Assembly (NCBI GenBank): GCA_964464605.1 | Contig: CAYXJN010000006.1 | Coordinates: 62,001-126,000 of the forward strand | DNA: 64,000 bases | Source of the DNA: an uncultured Ignavibacteriales bacterium | GTDB taxonomy: Bacteria > Zixibacteria > MSB-5A5 > GN15 > FEB-12 | Direction of reading: 5' to 3' | Part shown: positions 36,816 through 47,697 of the stretch, one piece after another | Layout: the number at the start of each line of letters is the position of its first letter | How positions within the stretch are numbered: position 1 is the stretch's first letter | Program-made: the position numbers and the translations under genes | Notes under the pieces: model-generated | The model's input: only the letters and a program-made list of their open reading frames with translations | Told to the model about the DNA's origin: nothing | Databases searched by the model: none

Positions 36816-38117
36816 TTACAAACGCTCCAACTTAGCTGCCAATATGCCGCCGATTAACGGGTGCAAATCCGCCGGAATCAGTTTCAAGGTCGATTCCACA
36901 AAACCGGCAACAACCATCCGCACCGCTTCGGTCTGCTCAATACCGCGTGATTTCAGGTAATAGACCTGCATCGGATCAATCGGTCCGATCGCGGCGCCGT
37001 GTGTGCATTTAACGTCTTCATTCAAAATTTCAAGCTCAGGAATCGTTTCCGCCTTTGTACCAGGGTTGAGCAGGAGATTCCGGTTTTCCTGGTATGCTTC
37101 GCAGGTACGGGCGCCTTTTTCTATACGAATCAAACCGGTATAGGCCGACAATGCCTTGTCCCGAAGCACGACTTTGAAATCGATGTTCGACTTCGTTTGG
37201 CCCGCCGTGTGGTGGTGCAAAGTATGATTGTCAAAGTGCTGGTTATCAGCGCCGAACAACAGACCGAACATATTGCTTTCAGCACCGTTGCCGTTCAGCG
37301 TAACACCGAAGTTCTGTTTGGAAATCGCAGCGCCAAATGAGAACGGGATCGTCAGCATAGTGGCGTTTCGCTCGATTTTGCCGCGATGAGTCAGATAGAG
37401 ATTCGCATTCTCCTGCTGATTCTGCAATTGCACATAGCGGATACGGCTATCCTGTCCGCCGAAAATTTCGACGGCAGAGTTAGTCTGCGAAGGGGGGCCG
37501 GTTTTTGCCCCGCCGACATATTCATCGATAATCGTGCATTCGACATTCTGTTCTGCAACGACTAACAAGCGCGGGTAGGCATTGACAGTCGGAGAGGCTA
37601 TGCGCAAAAGCTCAATCGGTTTTTCTATCGTTTTCCCTTTAGGGATATAGATAAAAATACCATCCTGCCAGTGCGCACCGTTCATCGATTCGAACTTGCC
37701 GGTGTGGGAATTGATCAGGGAATACAGATGCGGTTCGACCAATGAACGATGGTCATTCACGGCGTCCGACAAAGAAGAAACAATAATGACTTCCTTACGG
37801 AGTTCATCGGAAAGAAATATCTGAATCTCTTTTCCAGCGTTGTCGATGACTGCCGCTGAGATCAGATTGTTTTTCAGCCGCGCCAGAATGTCTTTAGCCA
37901 GCGTTTCGACTTCCGGCTTTGGAGCGGCAAGAATTTCGTTCGATGCGGCCATAAATTTGTTGGGGTCGGTGTAGCGCCAGAGATGCAGCCCACGCGGAGG
38001 TACTGGAGCTTCGTTAAAAGCATCCTGTGCCGCTTGACGGCTTACCAAAAGCCAGTCAGGATACGTCAACGTGGGGCTGCCACCCATATCGGCAGGGGAG
38101 AAATGTCGTTTGCTCAT
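36816..38117 (-). CDS. sufD: Fe-S cluster assembly protein SufD
   Basis: WRYTD, PELEILNEDVKCTHGA, YYLKSRGI. Confidence 0.93.
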   Translation of the reverse strand: MSKRHFSPADMGGSPTLTYPDWLLVSRQAAQDAFNEAPVPPRGLHLWRYTDPNKFMAASNEILAAPKPEVETLAKDILARLKNNLISAAVIDNAGKEIQIFLSDELRKEVIIVSSLSDAVNDHRSLVEPHLYSLINSHTGKFESMNGAHWQDGIFIYIPKGKTIEKPIELLRIASPTVNAYPRLLVVAEQNVECTIIDEYVGGAKTGPPSQTNSAVEIFGGQDSRIRYVQLQNQQENANLYLTHRGKIERNATMLTIPFSFGAAISKQNFGVTLNGNGAESNMFGLLFGADNQHFDNHTLHHHTAGQTKSNIDFKVVLRDKALSAYTGLIRIEKGARTCEAYQENRNLLLNPGTKAETIPELEILNEDVKCTHGAAIGPIDPMQVYYLKSRGIEQTEAVRMVVAGFVESTLKLIPADLHPLIGGILAAKLERL

Positions 38118-38122
38118 GTTGC

Positions 38123-39556
38123 TTACCCGATTGATCCTTCCATCTCAAGCTCGATAAGGCGGTTTAGTTCGACCGCGTATTCCATCGGCAGTTCTTTGGT
38201 GAATGGTTCCATGAACCCGTTCACAATCAATAAGCGGGCTTCATCTTCATTCAATCCGCGGCTGCAGAGATAGAACAGTTGTTCTTCGGCAACCTTGGAG
38301 ACACGAGCTTCATGTTCCACGCGTACCTGTTCGTTGTCGATTTCCATCGTCGGATATGTATCGGAACGGGCGGCGTCGCCGATCAACAGCGCGTCGCACT
38401 CGACTGAGACTTTCGAGTTAACTGCATTTTTATGAATCTTCACCAAGCCACGATAGGAAGCGCGACCGGTTTCTTTGGAAATCGATTTCGAGGTAATGCG
38501 GGAAGAGGTGTTCGGTGCAGCGTGAATTACTTTCGCGCCGGCATCCTGATGCTGGTCTATTCCGGCAAACGCCACTGATAATATCTCACCGCGGGCACCT
38601 TCACCGAGCAATTGGACGCAGGGGTACTTCATGGTTAGCCGTGAGCCGATGTTGCCGTCCACCCATTCAACCGTCGCGTTTCGGTGCGCGTTAGCGCGTT
38701 TGGTGACGAGGTTGTAAATGTTGCGCGACCAGTTCTGAATCGTGGTGTAGCGAACGTAGGCATCATCAAGCGCGACGAGTTCAACCACTGCTGAGTGCAA
38801 TGAGTCGGTCGAATAGACCGGCGCAGTGCAGCCTTCAATATAGTGAACACGGGAGCCTTTGTCGGCAATGATAAGCGTCCGTTCAAACTGTCCCATATTT
38901 TCGGCGTTGATGCGGAAATAGGCTTGCAGCGGCACTTTTACGTCTACTCCCGGCGGGACATAGATAAATGATCCTCCTGACCAGACGGCAGTATTCAACG
39001 CGGCGAATTTGTTATCGGCAGAGGGAATAACCGAACCGAAATACTTCTGGACGATTTCGGGGTAGAGGCGCAAGCCTTCATCCATGCCAAAGAACAACAC
39101 GCCAAGCTGCTTTAAGTCTTCGCGCATCGAGTGATAAACAACTTCTGATTCATACTGCGCAGAGACACCGCCCAAAAACTTCTTTTCCGCCTCCGGAATA
39201 CCGAGTTTGTCGAAGGTATTTTTGATATAGGCGGGGACATCATCCCAGCTCGACTGGCTGTTCTCGATCGGCTTCATGAAATAATAGATATTCTGGAAGT
39301 CGATTTCATTCAGCAGGTCAGTGTTTCCCCATTTCGGCATCGGTTTCGATTCGAAAATGTCGAGCGCTTCGTGGCGAATATCCCGCATCCACTGCGGCTC
39401 TTTTTTCATTCGCGAGATCATTTCGACTACTTCATGATTGATTCCGCGGGCACCCTTGTGGAAATAATCCACCGGATCATGGAAGCCATACTTGGCAGCG
39501 TAGTCGTTATTGAGCTGCGATAACTGTTCGTTTTGTTCCTTCAGTGATTCCGACAT
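38123..39556 (-). CDS. sufB: Fe-S cluster assembly protein SufB
   Basis: [41 protein letters not shown]. Confidence 0.96.
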   Translation of the reverse strand: MSESLKEQNEQLSQLNNDYAAKYGFHDPVDYFHKGARGINHEVVEMISRMKKEPQWMRDIRHEALDIFESKPMPKWGNTDLLNEIDFQNIYYFMKPIENSQSSWDDVPAYIKNTFDKLGIPEAEKKFLGGVSAQYESEVVYHSMREDLKQLGVLFFGMDEGLRLYPEIVQKYFGSVIPSADNKFAALNTAVWSGGSFIYVPPGVDVKVPLQAYFRINAENMGQFERTLIIADKGSRVHYIEGCTAPVYSTDSLHSAVVELVALDDAYVRYTTIQNWSRNIYNLVTKRANAHRNATVEWVDGNIGSRLTMKYPCVQLLGEGARGEILSVAFAGIDQHQDAGAKVIHAAPNTSSRITSKSISKETGRASYRGLVKIHKNAVNSKVSVECDALLIGDAARSDTYPTMEIDNEQVRVEHEARVSKVAEEQLFYLCSRGLNEDEARLLIVNGFMEPFTKELPMEYAVELNRLIELEMEGSIG

Positions 39557-39558
39557 AC

Positions 39559-40329
39559 TCAGACTCCTGCCGGCTGTACGGCATCTTTTTCAACCCAGTC
39601 ATAGCCAAGCTCTTCCAGTTTGAGCGCAAGTTCCGGCCCGCCGGAGTGAACGAATTTACCGTTCATCATAACGTGGACATAGGTTGGCTTAACATAATTG
39701 AGCAGACGCTGATAGTGCGTGACTAACAGTACGCCGTTTTCTTTGGAATGGAACTTGTTGATTCCTTCGGCGACGGTTTTTAAGGCATCGATATCAAGAC
39801 CGGAATCTGTTTCATCGAGCATCGCCATTTTCGGCCTGAGCATTGCCATCTGTAAAATCTCCACGCGCTTCTTTTCGCCGCCGGAGAAACCATCGTTCAA
39901 ATAGCGGGTTGCGAAACTGTGATCGATAGAGAGGGAGTCCATCTCCTGTTTGAACAGGCCGCGGAAATCACTCATGTCAGCGTCTTTGCCGCGGTGTGAT
40001 TTGAGGGCGGCGCGCATAAAGTTGGCGACCGTTACACCGGGAATAGCGAGTGGATACTGGAAAGCAAGGAACAATCCGGCGCGGGAACGTTCATCGGCTT
40101 CCATTTCCAAGATATTTTCACCGTTTATCAGTGCTTCACCTTTGGTGATCGTGTAGTTCGGATGTCCCATCAGTGCGTTGGAGAGGGAGGACTTGCCCGA
40201 ACCGTTGGGTCCCATAATCGCGTGGATCTCACCGGGATTGATATTCAGTGAAACACCGGAAACGACTTCTTTCCCTTCTACTTCAACATGGATGTCTTTG
40301 AAAGCAAAGACCGGTTGTTTTGTGTTCAT
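39559..40329 (-). CDS. sufC: Fe-S cluster assembly ATPase SufC
   Basis: [40 protein letters not shown]. Confidence 0.96.
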   Translation of the reverse strand: MNTKQPVFAFKDIHVEVEGKEVVSGVSLNINPGEIHAIMGPNGSGKSSLSNALMGHPNYTITKGEALINGENILEMEADERSRAGLFLAFQYPLAIPGVTVANFMRAALKSHRGKDADMSDFRGLFKQEMDSLSIDHSFATRYLNDGFSGGEKKRVEILQMAMLRPKMAMLDETDSGLDIDALKTVAEGINKFHSKENGVLLVTHYQRLLNYVKPTYVHVMMNGKFVHSGGPELALKLEELGYDWVEKDAVQPAGV

Positions 40330-40362
40330 CTTCTGTCTGTCCTTATATGTTCAAAATACTTT

Positions 40363-40851
40363 TCAAGAACCGGAGGCGGTATCCATTCCGGATACCGTCG
40401 TCGAGGGGATAGGGCGCGCCATAGGCGTGACCATCCCATCTTTTTCAATCATATCTTTCAGCGTGATTTTTCTCAGCATTACTTCCATATAGCCGGTTAA
40501 ACCGTCCAGAATATTGTGGACGCTGCAATTCTCTATGTGTACGCAGGATTCCCGGTTACCGGCGAAGCGCTGACAATGGTCGGGGTCGATTAACGGCCCG
40601 CCCAAGGCAGTAACGACATCATAGAGATTGATCTGATCCGGAGGATGGGCGATGGCGAACCCACCAGTACGTCCGCGCACAGCGGAAACGAATCCGGCCT
40701 TGCGCAGAATTGCCAGAAGCTTGGATGCGTATGGGACAGAGAGTCCCTCGAGTTGGGCAATCTCCGGAATAGTCAGATGACCACCCGGACCTTTTCGGGC
40801 TAACGCCAAAAGGCAGCGGAGTCCATATTCTTCAACGGCGGTGATTCTCAT
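40363..40851 (-). CDS. Rrf2-family transcriptional regulator (IscR-like) heading the suf operon
   Basis: YGLRCLLALA, wHTH SVPYASKLL..RGRTGGF, three Cys (DHC..SC..NC). Confidence 0.9.
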   Translation of the reverse strand: MRITAVEEYGLRCLLALARKGPGGHLTIPEIAQLEGLSVPYASKLLAILRKAGFVSAVRGRTGGFAIAHPPDQINLYDVVTALGGPLIDPDHCQRFAGNRESCVHIENCSVHNILDGLTGYMEVMLRKITLKDMIEKDGMVTPMARPIPSTTVSGMDTASGS

Positions 40852-41115
40852 TTTGTTAACCTAATTGAAAGTACATAATTCCATCCGGAAAAACAATACC
40901 TCAAAGTACAGTTATATGAAGTAATAACCTATTTGGTGTGAATTGGTTCCAAAGGGAATAGGAAGAAGATGATAAAAAATGGCCTGAAAATCGACTGAGA
41001 TAATAAGAGGTATCCTGTTGATTTGCAATGGATTGTACTGATACGCCAAAGCGTTTGTTGTGTAGAGGCTTAGAAAAGAAAGTGGCGTCGCCACATTGTG
41101 CCGGAAATGTACAAG

Positions 41116-41742
41116 CTAACTGACCGGGCGGGCTTCCCACGGAGTTACGGTTCCGACTACAAATTGGGGCTTATTGATTGCAACTGCTTCGAGCACTCCG
41201 CCGCAGATTTCCTCATGAGTCAGCCAGCGGGAGCCGTTCTGTTCTAGATGAAAACCGAGAATAATGCGCCTATGCTGCACCATATCGAAGCGAACTAAGC
41301 GAGCTTCGTCGCTGATCGCATCCAACCGAATCTTACCGGTCGCAGAAAGGGTGTATTGCTGTTTTTGCGGAGATAAATACTCAGAACTGCAGATTTGAAA
41401 GAGACGGCAGGGAGCAGTCGTTTTATTCAGCACGTCGGCAACGACTTCAAGGGCGCGGGGTGCGTAAGAATGAATCCAGGTAATTGCTAAATCGAATTTG
41501 CCATATTTTTCGATCGCCATTTCCAAACGGGTGCGTAAAGATGCATCCTCAGTATAATCTACCCGGATAGTGTTCATCGTGCCGACCGCACCTTCCGAAG
41601 CTGCGCGTAGAGAAAGCAATTTTCCCCGGTCGCGGCCGATCACCGAAACAGTGTGTCCCTGTGAGACAAGATAGTGCGATACTGAGCGGAGCATACCGGT
41701 TCCGCCGACAATAAGGGTATGGTGGCGTTCAAGTACTGGCAT
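41116..41742 (-). CDS. Short-chain dehydrogenase-like Rossmann protein
   Basis: LIVGGTGML, VDY, AITWIH, ILGF..SRWLTHEEI. Confidence 0.7.
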   Translation of the reverse strand: MPVLERHHTLIVGGTGMLRSVSHYLVSQGHTVSVIGRDRGKLLSLRAASEGAVGTMNTIRVDYTEDASLRTRLEMAIEKYGKFDLAITWIHSYAPRALEVVADVLNKTTAPCRLFQICSSEYLSPQKQQYTLSATGKIRLDAISDEARLVRFDMVQHRRIILGFHLEQNGSRWLTHEEICGGVLEAVAINKPQFVVGTVTPWEARPVS

Positions 41743-41808
41743 ACAATTACGTGCAAGTAAACGTGGGCTTATCCTTAGAATCGGAATTTGAAAGCGGAAA
41801 TCTTAACG

Positions 41809-42147
41809 TTATTTTTCTTTTCGTTCCGGGTCGGGGAAATCACGGTAAAGGGCAGAGGTGAAATTTATAACCGAGCGGTAAACATCGGCGTGTAATCGTT
41901 CCACTTCACCGGTTCTGGTCGCGACAACACCGAATGCCTGTTCCAACTGGGTGAGATCTTTAACACTGATGACAATATGAAATTCACCGAGCGTAGAGGG
42001 GCCGAAGCCGAGTTTGCGGCGGCTGATTGACCAGCCAGCTATTTTGTTCTCGGATTTCAAATAGCCCATATAGGCATCGACATGTTTACAAAATTCGATG
42101 TCCTTATGTGAATCCTTTAAGTCGCACCAGATATGGTAATAGTTCAT
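41809..42147 (-). CDS. Conserved hypothetical protein (DUF6614-like)
   Basis: YHIWCDLK, RRKLGFG..LGEFHI, ALYRDFPD; family recalled from memory. Confidence 0.6.
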   Translation of the reverse strand: MNYYHIWCDLKDSHKDIEFCKHVDAYMGYLKSENKIAGWSISRRKLGFGPSTLGEFHIVISVKDLTQLEQAFGVVATRTGEVERLHADVYRSVINFTSALYRDFPDPERKEK

Positions 42148-44816
42148 TCGGTCTTTCCCTGTTTATTATTGCCGTTCGCGTGTGTCAGCAAATAATTGTT
42201 TACCGCGTTTCCTTCCCGCTTGCGCAGATTCAGACAATCAGTGGTAGCGTCGGCAACTCGTTTGAGTGTTTGTTCGATGCCAGGGATAGTGTGGTCATCT
42301 TTAGCGAAAAAAGCCTGCGCCGCATCGACCCGCTCCTGTGAACATCCACCGATATACCGCCAGATACTACTGAAACGTTCAGCCGGAACTTTCGCTTTCA
42401 GGTGGTCGAAGTTGTCGATTAAGGATTTGAAGACAACATCAGTGCTTTTATCGGACTGTTCGCTGATAGTTGCCGGAATATACCAGATTTCCTGCGGGCG
42501 AAGCTGCGCGTTGTAGGCATAGGTAAGCGCCTGCTGCATGAGGGCAGAATCACGGAAACTGCCTAACATTTCCAAATACAATCCGCGTTCTTCATTGCTC
42601 TTTGCTTTTTCTAAACGTGTGCGAACATCATCGAAAAATGTCTGATCCCCGCGCGTTGCTGTTGAAATACAGGCGGTACGTTTCATGGTCGGATTGCTGT
42701 AGGTGGAATCAGTAAAGAAGAGGTTGGTGATAGAATCCAAGGTATGCTGGATAGCGGGATCATCACCGACATCTGCCAGCGTTGCTATCAATTCTGTGCG
42801 CAGCGAGACGAGGGTGGGGGATTCGTTATCTTTCGGCAGTGCGCCAAACCGTTTGTAGGCAGGAGCCAAAACGGTGCGGATATACTGCTCATACGCCGGT
42901 TTGATATCTTCGGTCACAAAGGAATTGCGAATTCTGTTAAGAGCAGTGAGCATGCTGCTGATAACGAGCGGTTCATCATCGTCGGCAAAACCACTCATCA
43001 ATGACAAGTACGTGTCGCCACTGATTGTACCGGCATCAAACAGCGCGCTGCTGTTTTGCAAAAAGCCGATCCGCTCTTTTGCGGAGAGCAGTTCTTTTGA
43101 TTTTTGCGAAAGCAATGTCAACTGTGTAGCCGGAATGTTCCAGCGGTAATAGCCGCCGGCATCCGCATTCGGGTAGAGCCATTGCACCTGATGCGCCGCG
43201 GGCAGTTCGATAACCTCGCTGGTATCGGTGAGTAGGAACGTTTTCCGTTCTGAGGTTGTGCCATCGCCGTAGGTAATACTGAGTGGAATCTGCCATGTTG
43301 GCCATTCTTTTAGTTCTGCACCGTAGTTGTGGAACCGTTTCTGAGAAACGCGGAATTTGTTTTCTCCGAGTTCCGTAAACGTTACAATCGGCAGACCCGG
43401 TTTGGTGATAAAGGATTCAATCGCTTTATCGATCGGTATTCCGGCGGCCTCGGCAAGTGAACCCCAAAGGTCTTCGGCGCGGGCGTTTTTCCAGGCGTGA
43501 GTGTTGATGTATTCGATGACGCCCTTCTGGAATGTTTCTTCCCCTAAATAGGTTTCGAACATTTCTAAAATCGCTTGTCCTTTGTTATAGACTAAGAAAT
43601 TGGCGTTTTCGGAGAGGTCGCCGACCGAAACAATTTCCCGTCTTACCGGTTGGGTGGTAACGCGGGCATCGCTTACCATCGCCCGGTTAGCCGACCCGAC
43701 TCGATCAATCGATCGAACTAATTCCGGATACACTTTGGCGGAGGTTTTTTCTTCCATCCATGAAGCGAATGATTCATTGAGCCATAAATCATCCCACCAC
43801 TCCATCGTTACTAAATCACCAAACCACATATGCGCGATTTCATGCGCCATAACCGTCACGAGCCGCCGCTGTTGCTGCGGGGTGTGATCGACCGGGTCTA
43901 AAAGCAGATGGCTTTCCCGAAATACTATCGCTCCGGCGTTTTCCATTGCGCCGTAGAGAAACTCCGGCGCGCCGATAACATCTAACTTCTGGTACGGATA
44001 CGGCCGACCGAAATATCGCTCCAGTTCTTCCATGATTGGCGCAACAATTTTGGCGGCGTTGCCTGCTTTGGCGGAGCCACCCTTTACCGTTACGATATTT
44101 CCGGGTACCGATAAACCGACAATCGGCGTTTTTTCAAGTGGTCCGGCTGCGAGGGCAACGATGTAGGAGGGCATCGGCGGCGTTGTGTCAAACACCACGG
44201 TTGTCCAGTCACCATTGGGAGTCTCAGAAAGTATCGGCGTGTTGGAGACCGCAATATGCTGTTTCGGAATGCTGACAATCATCTGAAACGGAATTTTCCA
44301 TTCCGGTTCATCCCAGCAGGGGAAAGCCTTGCGCGCTTCATCATCTTCGAATTGCGTGAACAGATACCCGACGCTGTCGGTCACAACTTTATAGAGTGAA
44401 TTTGCGTGCCGGTTATAGTCGTTTTCGAATGTGCAGTTAAGCTGGTATTGGCCGGGCTTAAGCTCTTTTTCAGTTTTGATTTCAAGCAAGAACGTATCTT
44501 TACAGACGTATTTGATCGGAATGTTTTTATCCTCTTTCATCAGCGTGACCGTTTTTATCACGAGTGATTCCGCGTGCAGATGAAACAGTTTGGTCGCTTC
44601 GTTGACCGTGAGCGCGATCATCACTTCACCCGAGTAATCATCCTTTTCCGCATCGACTTTGAGCACGATTTTTTCGAAGGTCGGAACGACGGTATGATTG
44701 AGGCGATGTAGTGGATTATATACCGGGTTGGAATACGCAGAAGCAGAAAGCAGGATAGTCGAAACGATAGCAAATTTGAGCGATCTAAGATGATGATACG
44801 CGGCGCTGAACTTCAT
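42144..44816 (-). CDS. M1-family aminopeptidase (PepN-like, ERAP1-like C-terminus), probably exported
   Basis: TQFE..ARKAFPCWDEP, GAMEN, HEIAHMWFGDLVT..WW..LWLNESFA, VYNKG. Likely ATG 44816 (GGAG RBS, signal peptide). Confidence 0.93.
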   Translation of the reverse strand: MKFSAAYHHLRSLKFAIVSTILLSASAYSNPVYNPLHRLNHTVVPTFEKIVLKVDAEKDDYSGEVMIALTVNEATKLFHLHAESLVIKTVTLMKEDKNIPIKYVCKDTFLLEIKTEKELKPGQYQLNCTFENDYNRHANSLYKVVTDSVGYLFTQFEDDEARKAFPCWDEPEWKIPFQMIVSIPKQHIAVSNTPILSETPNGDWTTVVFDTTPPMPSYIVALAAGPLEKTPIVGLSVPGNIVTVKGGSAKAGNAAKIVAPIMEELERYFGRPYPYQKLDVIGAPEFLYGAMENAGAIVFRESHLLLDPVDHTPQQQRRLVTVMAHEIAHMWFGDLVTMEWWDDLWLNESFASWMEEKTSAKVYPELVRSIDRVGSANRAMVSDARVTTQPVRREIVSVGDLSENANFLVYNKGQAILEMFETYLGEETFQKGVIEYINTHAWKNARAEDLWGSLAEAAGIPIDKAIESFITKPGLPIVTFTELGENKFRVSQKRFHNYGAELKEWPTWQIPLSITYGDGTTSERKTFLLTDTSEVIELPAAHQVQWLYPNADAGGYYRWNIPATQLTLLSQKSKELLSAKERIGFLQNSSALFDAGTISGDTYLSLMSGFADDDEPLVISSMLTALNRIRNSFVTEDIKPAYEQYIRTVLAPAYKRFGALPKDNESPTLVSLRTELIATLADVGDDPAIQHTLDSITNLFFTDSTYSNPTMKRTACISTATRGDQTFFDDVRTRLEKAKSNEERGLYLEMLGSFRDSALMQQALTYAYNAQLRPQEIWYIPATISEQSDKSTDVVFKSLIDNFDHLKAKVPAERFSSIWRYIGGCSQERVDAAQAFFAKDDHTIPGIEQTLKRVADATTDCLNLRKREGNAVNNYLLTHANGNNKQGKTE

Positions 44817-44931
44817 GTGAGGCACTCCATCTCGTTCGGTGTATCGGTATGCAATTTGAGGTGTTAGCATAGAAGGAAGCCTGGATTTCAACAAGGGATT
44901 TCTTCTTCGTAAGGTCGCGCGAGCAAAGGGC

Positions 44932-44960
44932 TTGACTGGTCTGTTGAACACCGGTATCAT
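44932..44960 (+). promoter_or_regulatory. Sigma70-like promoter of the manC operon
   Basis: TTGACT, 17 nt spacer, TATCAT. Confidence 0.6.
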
Positions 44961-45002
44961 CGGTATTACTGTATAAACGACAATCAATTGGAGTTGTATA
45001 TA

Positions 45003-46082
45003 ATGGTGTACGGAATCATTCTTGCGGGCGGCAAAGGGGAACGGTTTTGGCCGCTGTCCCGCGCCGAGCGGCCGAAGCAGTTTTTACGGCTGACTTCTGA
45101 CAAGATGATGCTCGAAGAGACAATTGACCGGGTGCTGCCGATCATTTCGATGGACAATATCCGCATCGTTACCGGCGACCAGATGGCCGGATTCATTTTA
45201 AAAACTGTTCCGACGATCAAAGACAAGCATATCATCGCCGAACCGTTCGGACGGAACACCTGTATCGCTATCGGTATTGCGGCGGCGCATATCGTGAAAG
45301 AAAATCCGAACGGAGTGATGGTTGTCCTTTCCGCCGATCATCTCATTCGTCCGCCGGAACGGCTGCGCCAGATAATTCAGGCAGCTATCAATATCGCCAA
45401 ATCCGAAGATAAACTGCTTACGATCGGTGTTGTACCGACCCGTCCGGAAACGGCCTACGGCTATATCAAATTAGGCGGATTGTACAAACAGGATAATGAA
45501 ACATTTGTGCACTCCGTCGATTCCTTCGTCGAAAAACCGAAACAGGTCGTCGCGCAGGAATACTATTATAGTCGGAATTATCTGTGGAACAGCGGGATGT
45601 TCATTTGGTCGGCGGCATCGATCTTAAAAGCGATTCATGCCTTCGAACCGGAGATGGGCGCGTTGTTAGATGCATACAGCAAGAAGATCGGAACGCCCGA
45701 TGAGCAGGCGGCTCGTGCGGAATTGTATAAGCAGGTGAAGTCGGTTTCAATCGATGTCGGTATTTTGGAGCGTGCCGGCAATGTTCTGACAGTGAAGGGG
45801 GATATTGTTTGGGATGATGTCGGCGGATGGAAGGCGCTCGAAAGATACAAAGAGCGGGACAGCGACAACAATGTCGTTATCGGCGAAGCGCTGGCGATGG
45901 AGACCTATGAAACGACGATCTACAACAACGCGGACGGACTCATCGCCTGTTTCGGCTTATCCGACATGGTGGTAGTACGCACCGATAACATCACGTTAGT
46001 CGCCCACAAAACAAAAGCGGATGAAATCAAAAAAATTCTGGAATTGTTGTCGGCCGATGAGAAAATGCGCAGTTATCTCTAA
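45003..46082 (+). CDS. manC: Mannose-1-phosphate guanylyltransferase
   Basis: ILAGGKGERFWPLSR..PKQFL, EPFGRNT, ADH, PETAYGYI, FVEKP, WNSGMF, WDDVGGW. Confidence 0.93.
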   Translation: MVYGIILAGGKGERFWPLSRAERPKQFLRLTSDKMMLEETIDRVLPIISMDNIRIVTGDQMAGFILKTVPTIKDKHIIAEPFGRNTCIAIGIAAAHIVKENPNGVMVVLSADHLIRPPERLRQIIQAAINIAKSEDKLLTIGVVPTRPETAYGYIKLGGLYKQDNETFVHSVDSFVEKPKQVVAQEYYYSRNYLWNSGMFIWSAASILKAIHAFEPEMGALLDAYSKKIGTPDEQAARAELYKQVKSVSIDVGILERAGNVLTVKGDIVWDDVGGWKALERYKERDSDNNVVIGEALAMETYETTIYNNADGLIACFGLSDMVVVRTDNITLVAHKTKADEIKKILELLSADEKMRSYL

Positions 46083-46551
46083 ATTCATTTGTGCTTTTCT
46101 GTTTGTAACCGGGGCAGCATTCTCGCAGCAGGTAAAGCCTGCCTTTTCTCCGTTATTGCCGCAGGATACGGTGATAGTTCCTGCGCGTGTTGCGATTACC
46201 GGATCAATCGGAACCGTACCGGAAGTCAAAAGCGGAAAAGAGAACACCCCGCAGCAGGTGTTTCGGATTCAGCTGTTGACCAGCAATCAGTATTCGGAGG
46301 CCTCCTTCGCTCGGAAAGTCGCCGAAGAGTTATTCAAAGACACTATCGAAGTAGCCTATGATGCCCCGTATTACAAATTGCGGGTTGGGCAGTTTGTAAC
46401 CCGTCAGGAAGCCGAGCGGCAGTTACCCCGCATCCAATCGTTCGGATATCCGAACGCCATTGTCGTGGCGGCAATTATCGGAATCCAAAAGTCTCTGCCT
46501 ACGTATGATATATCAGATACTACGGCGATCCCTGCTGAGGGAAAGAGATAA
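46057..46551 (+). CDS. SPOR domain-containing exported protein
   Basis: Signal peptide; FRIQL..YYKLRVGQF.TRQEAE..GYPNAIVV. Start position uncertain. Confidence 0.75.
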   Translation: MRKCAVISKFICAFLFVTGAAFSQQVKPAFSPLLPQDTVIVPARVAITGSIGTVPEVKSGKENTPQQVFRIQLLTSNQYSEASFARKVAEELFKDTIEVAYDAPYYKLRVGQFVTRQEAERQLPRIQSFGYPNAIVVAAIIGIQKSLPTYDISDTTAIPAEGKR

Positions 46552-47198
46552 TGTTAGAGGGATGTGTGGCTGAACAAGGCAGAATCCTGAAAATCGATCC
46601 GGTAACTCCATCGGCAAATACTATTGCCGAAGCCGTCGATGAGTTAAACAAAGGAGGTTTGGTGGTCGCGCCAACCGAGACAAGGTATGGATTGTTAGCC
46701 CGTGGGGATGACCCGCAGGCGTTAGCCAGAATGTTCACGGTCAAACGTCGTCCCGACGGCCATCCAACGGCCGTTTTTTTACCTTCGGTTCATATGATCC
46801 CCCGATTTGCCGAATACCCCCCCTCGGCCCAACGGCTGGCCGAACGGTTTTTGCCGGGACCATTAACTTTGATTCTGAAAGCGAAATCCGGAACGCCTTG
46901 GCCGGTGGTATACCAGGGGACGATAGGAATTCGGATATCCTCATCGCCGGTTATTGCCGCTTTAATCCAGCAGGTCGAGTTTCCGGTGACGGCGACCTCG
47001 GCCAATTTGTCTGGCCAGGGGGAACCGGCGGTTGTTGCAGAAATATGGGAGAGCTTTGGCGACCAGATTGGGGTCTATTTAGATGCCGGGGCGGTCGAAT
47101 TTCCTCCATCAACTATTGTTGATTGTTCGAAAGAAACTGCCCAGATTGTCAGAGCTGGGGTATTGGCCAGCGAAATTACAAAGGAAATACAAGCTTAA
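46551..47198 (+). CDS. tsaC: L-threonylcarbamoyladenylate synthase (TsaC/Sua5 YrdC domain)
   Basis: PTETRYGL, KRR, PGPLTLIL, IGIR, TATSANLSG, PSTIVD. Confidence 0.88.
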   Translation: MLEGCVAEQGRILKIDPVTPSANTIAEAVDELNKGGLVVAPTETRYGLLARGDDPQALARMFTVKRRPDGHPTAVFLPSVHMIPRFAEYPPSAQRLAERFLPGPLTLILKAKSGTPWPVVYQGTIGIRISSSPVIAALIQQVEFPVTATSANLSGQGEPAVVAEIWESFGDQIGVYLDAGAVEFPPSTIVDCSKETAQIVRAGVLASEITKEIQA

Positions 47199-47202
47199 TC
47201 AG

Positions 47203-47697
47203 ATGAACGATAAATACTCTATTCTCATAGTCTGCACCGGCAACACCTGCCGCTCCCCCATGGCGGAGGGCGCATTGCGCGTTCTCTTGGAAAAGGAACG
47301 CCCAGGCAAATTTGTGGTCAAATCAGCCGGAACCTCAGCGGTGGTTGGCGCATCGCCGACCGACTATGCGATCGAAGCCTCGAAAATTTGGGATGCGGAT
47401 ATCTCTGACCATGAATCACAGCAGTTGACTCAGGAGTTAGTAGATGAAGCGGATCTGATTTTAACCATGACGCCGAAACATCTGTCGATTGTTCGTGATT
47501 TGATAACAGACAGTCCCGAAAAATCATTTCTGCTCAAAAAATTCCCTGATCCCGATCCGGAAGGGGAACCCGTTGATGATCCGATCGGTCAATCGCTTGA
47601 CCGGTACAACGAAACCTTTTTAGAGATCGGCGAATATCTCGGATCGTATTTGAAAGAGATTATCAGGCGTATCGATGCCAAACCAGTTGCGCGCTAA
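47203..47697 (+). CDS. Low-molecular-weight phosphatase, YwlE-like protein-arginine phosphatase
   Basis: P-loop VCTGNTCRSPMAE, SAG, DLILTM, DDPIG. Confidence 0.85.
   Translation: MNDKYSILIVCTGNTCRSPMAEGALRVLLEKERPGKFVVKSAGTSAVVGASPTDYAIEASKIWDADISDHESQQLTQELVDEADLILTMTPKHLSIVRDLITDSPEKSFLLKKFPDPDPEGEPVDDPIGQSLDRYNETFLEIGEYLGSYLKEIIRRIDAKPVAR

Noticed and set aside
44817..44987. N-terminal extensions given by the ORF track (M1 peptidase to 44987; similarly ppdK 19588, phosphatase 47083, subunit C2 13387)
   Set aside because: They overlap promoters or upstream genes. Downstream starts have RBSs and give correct N-termini.
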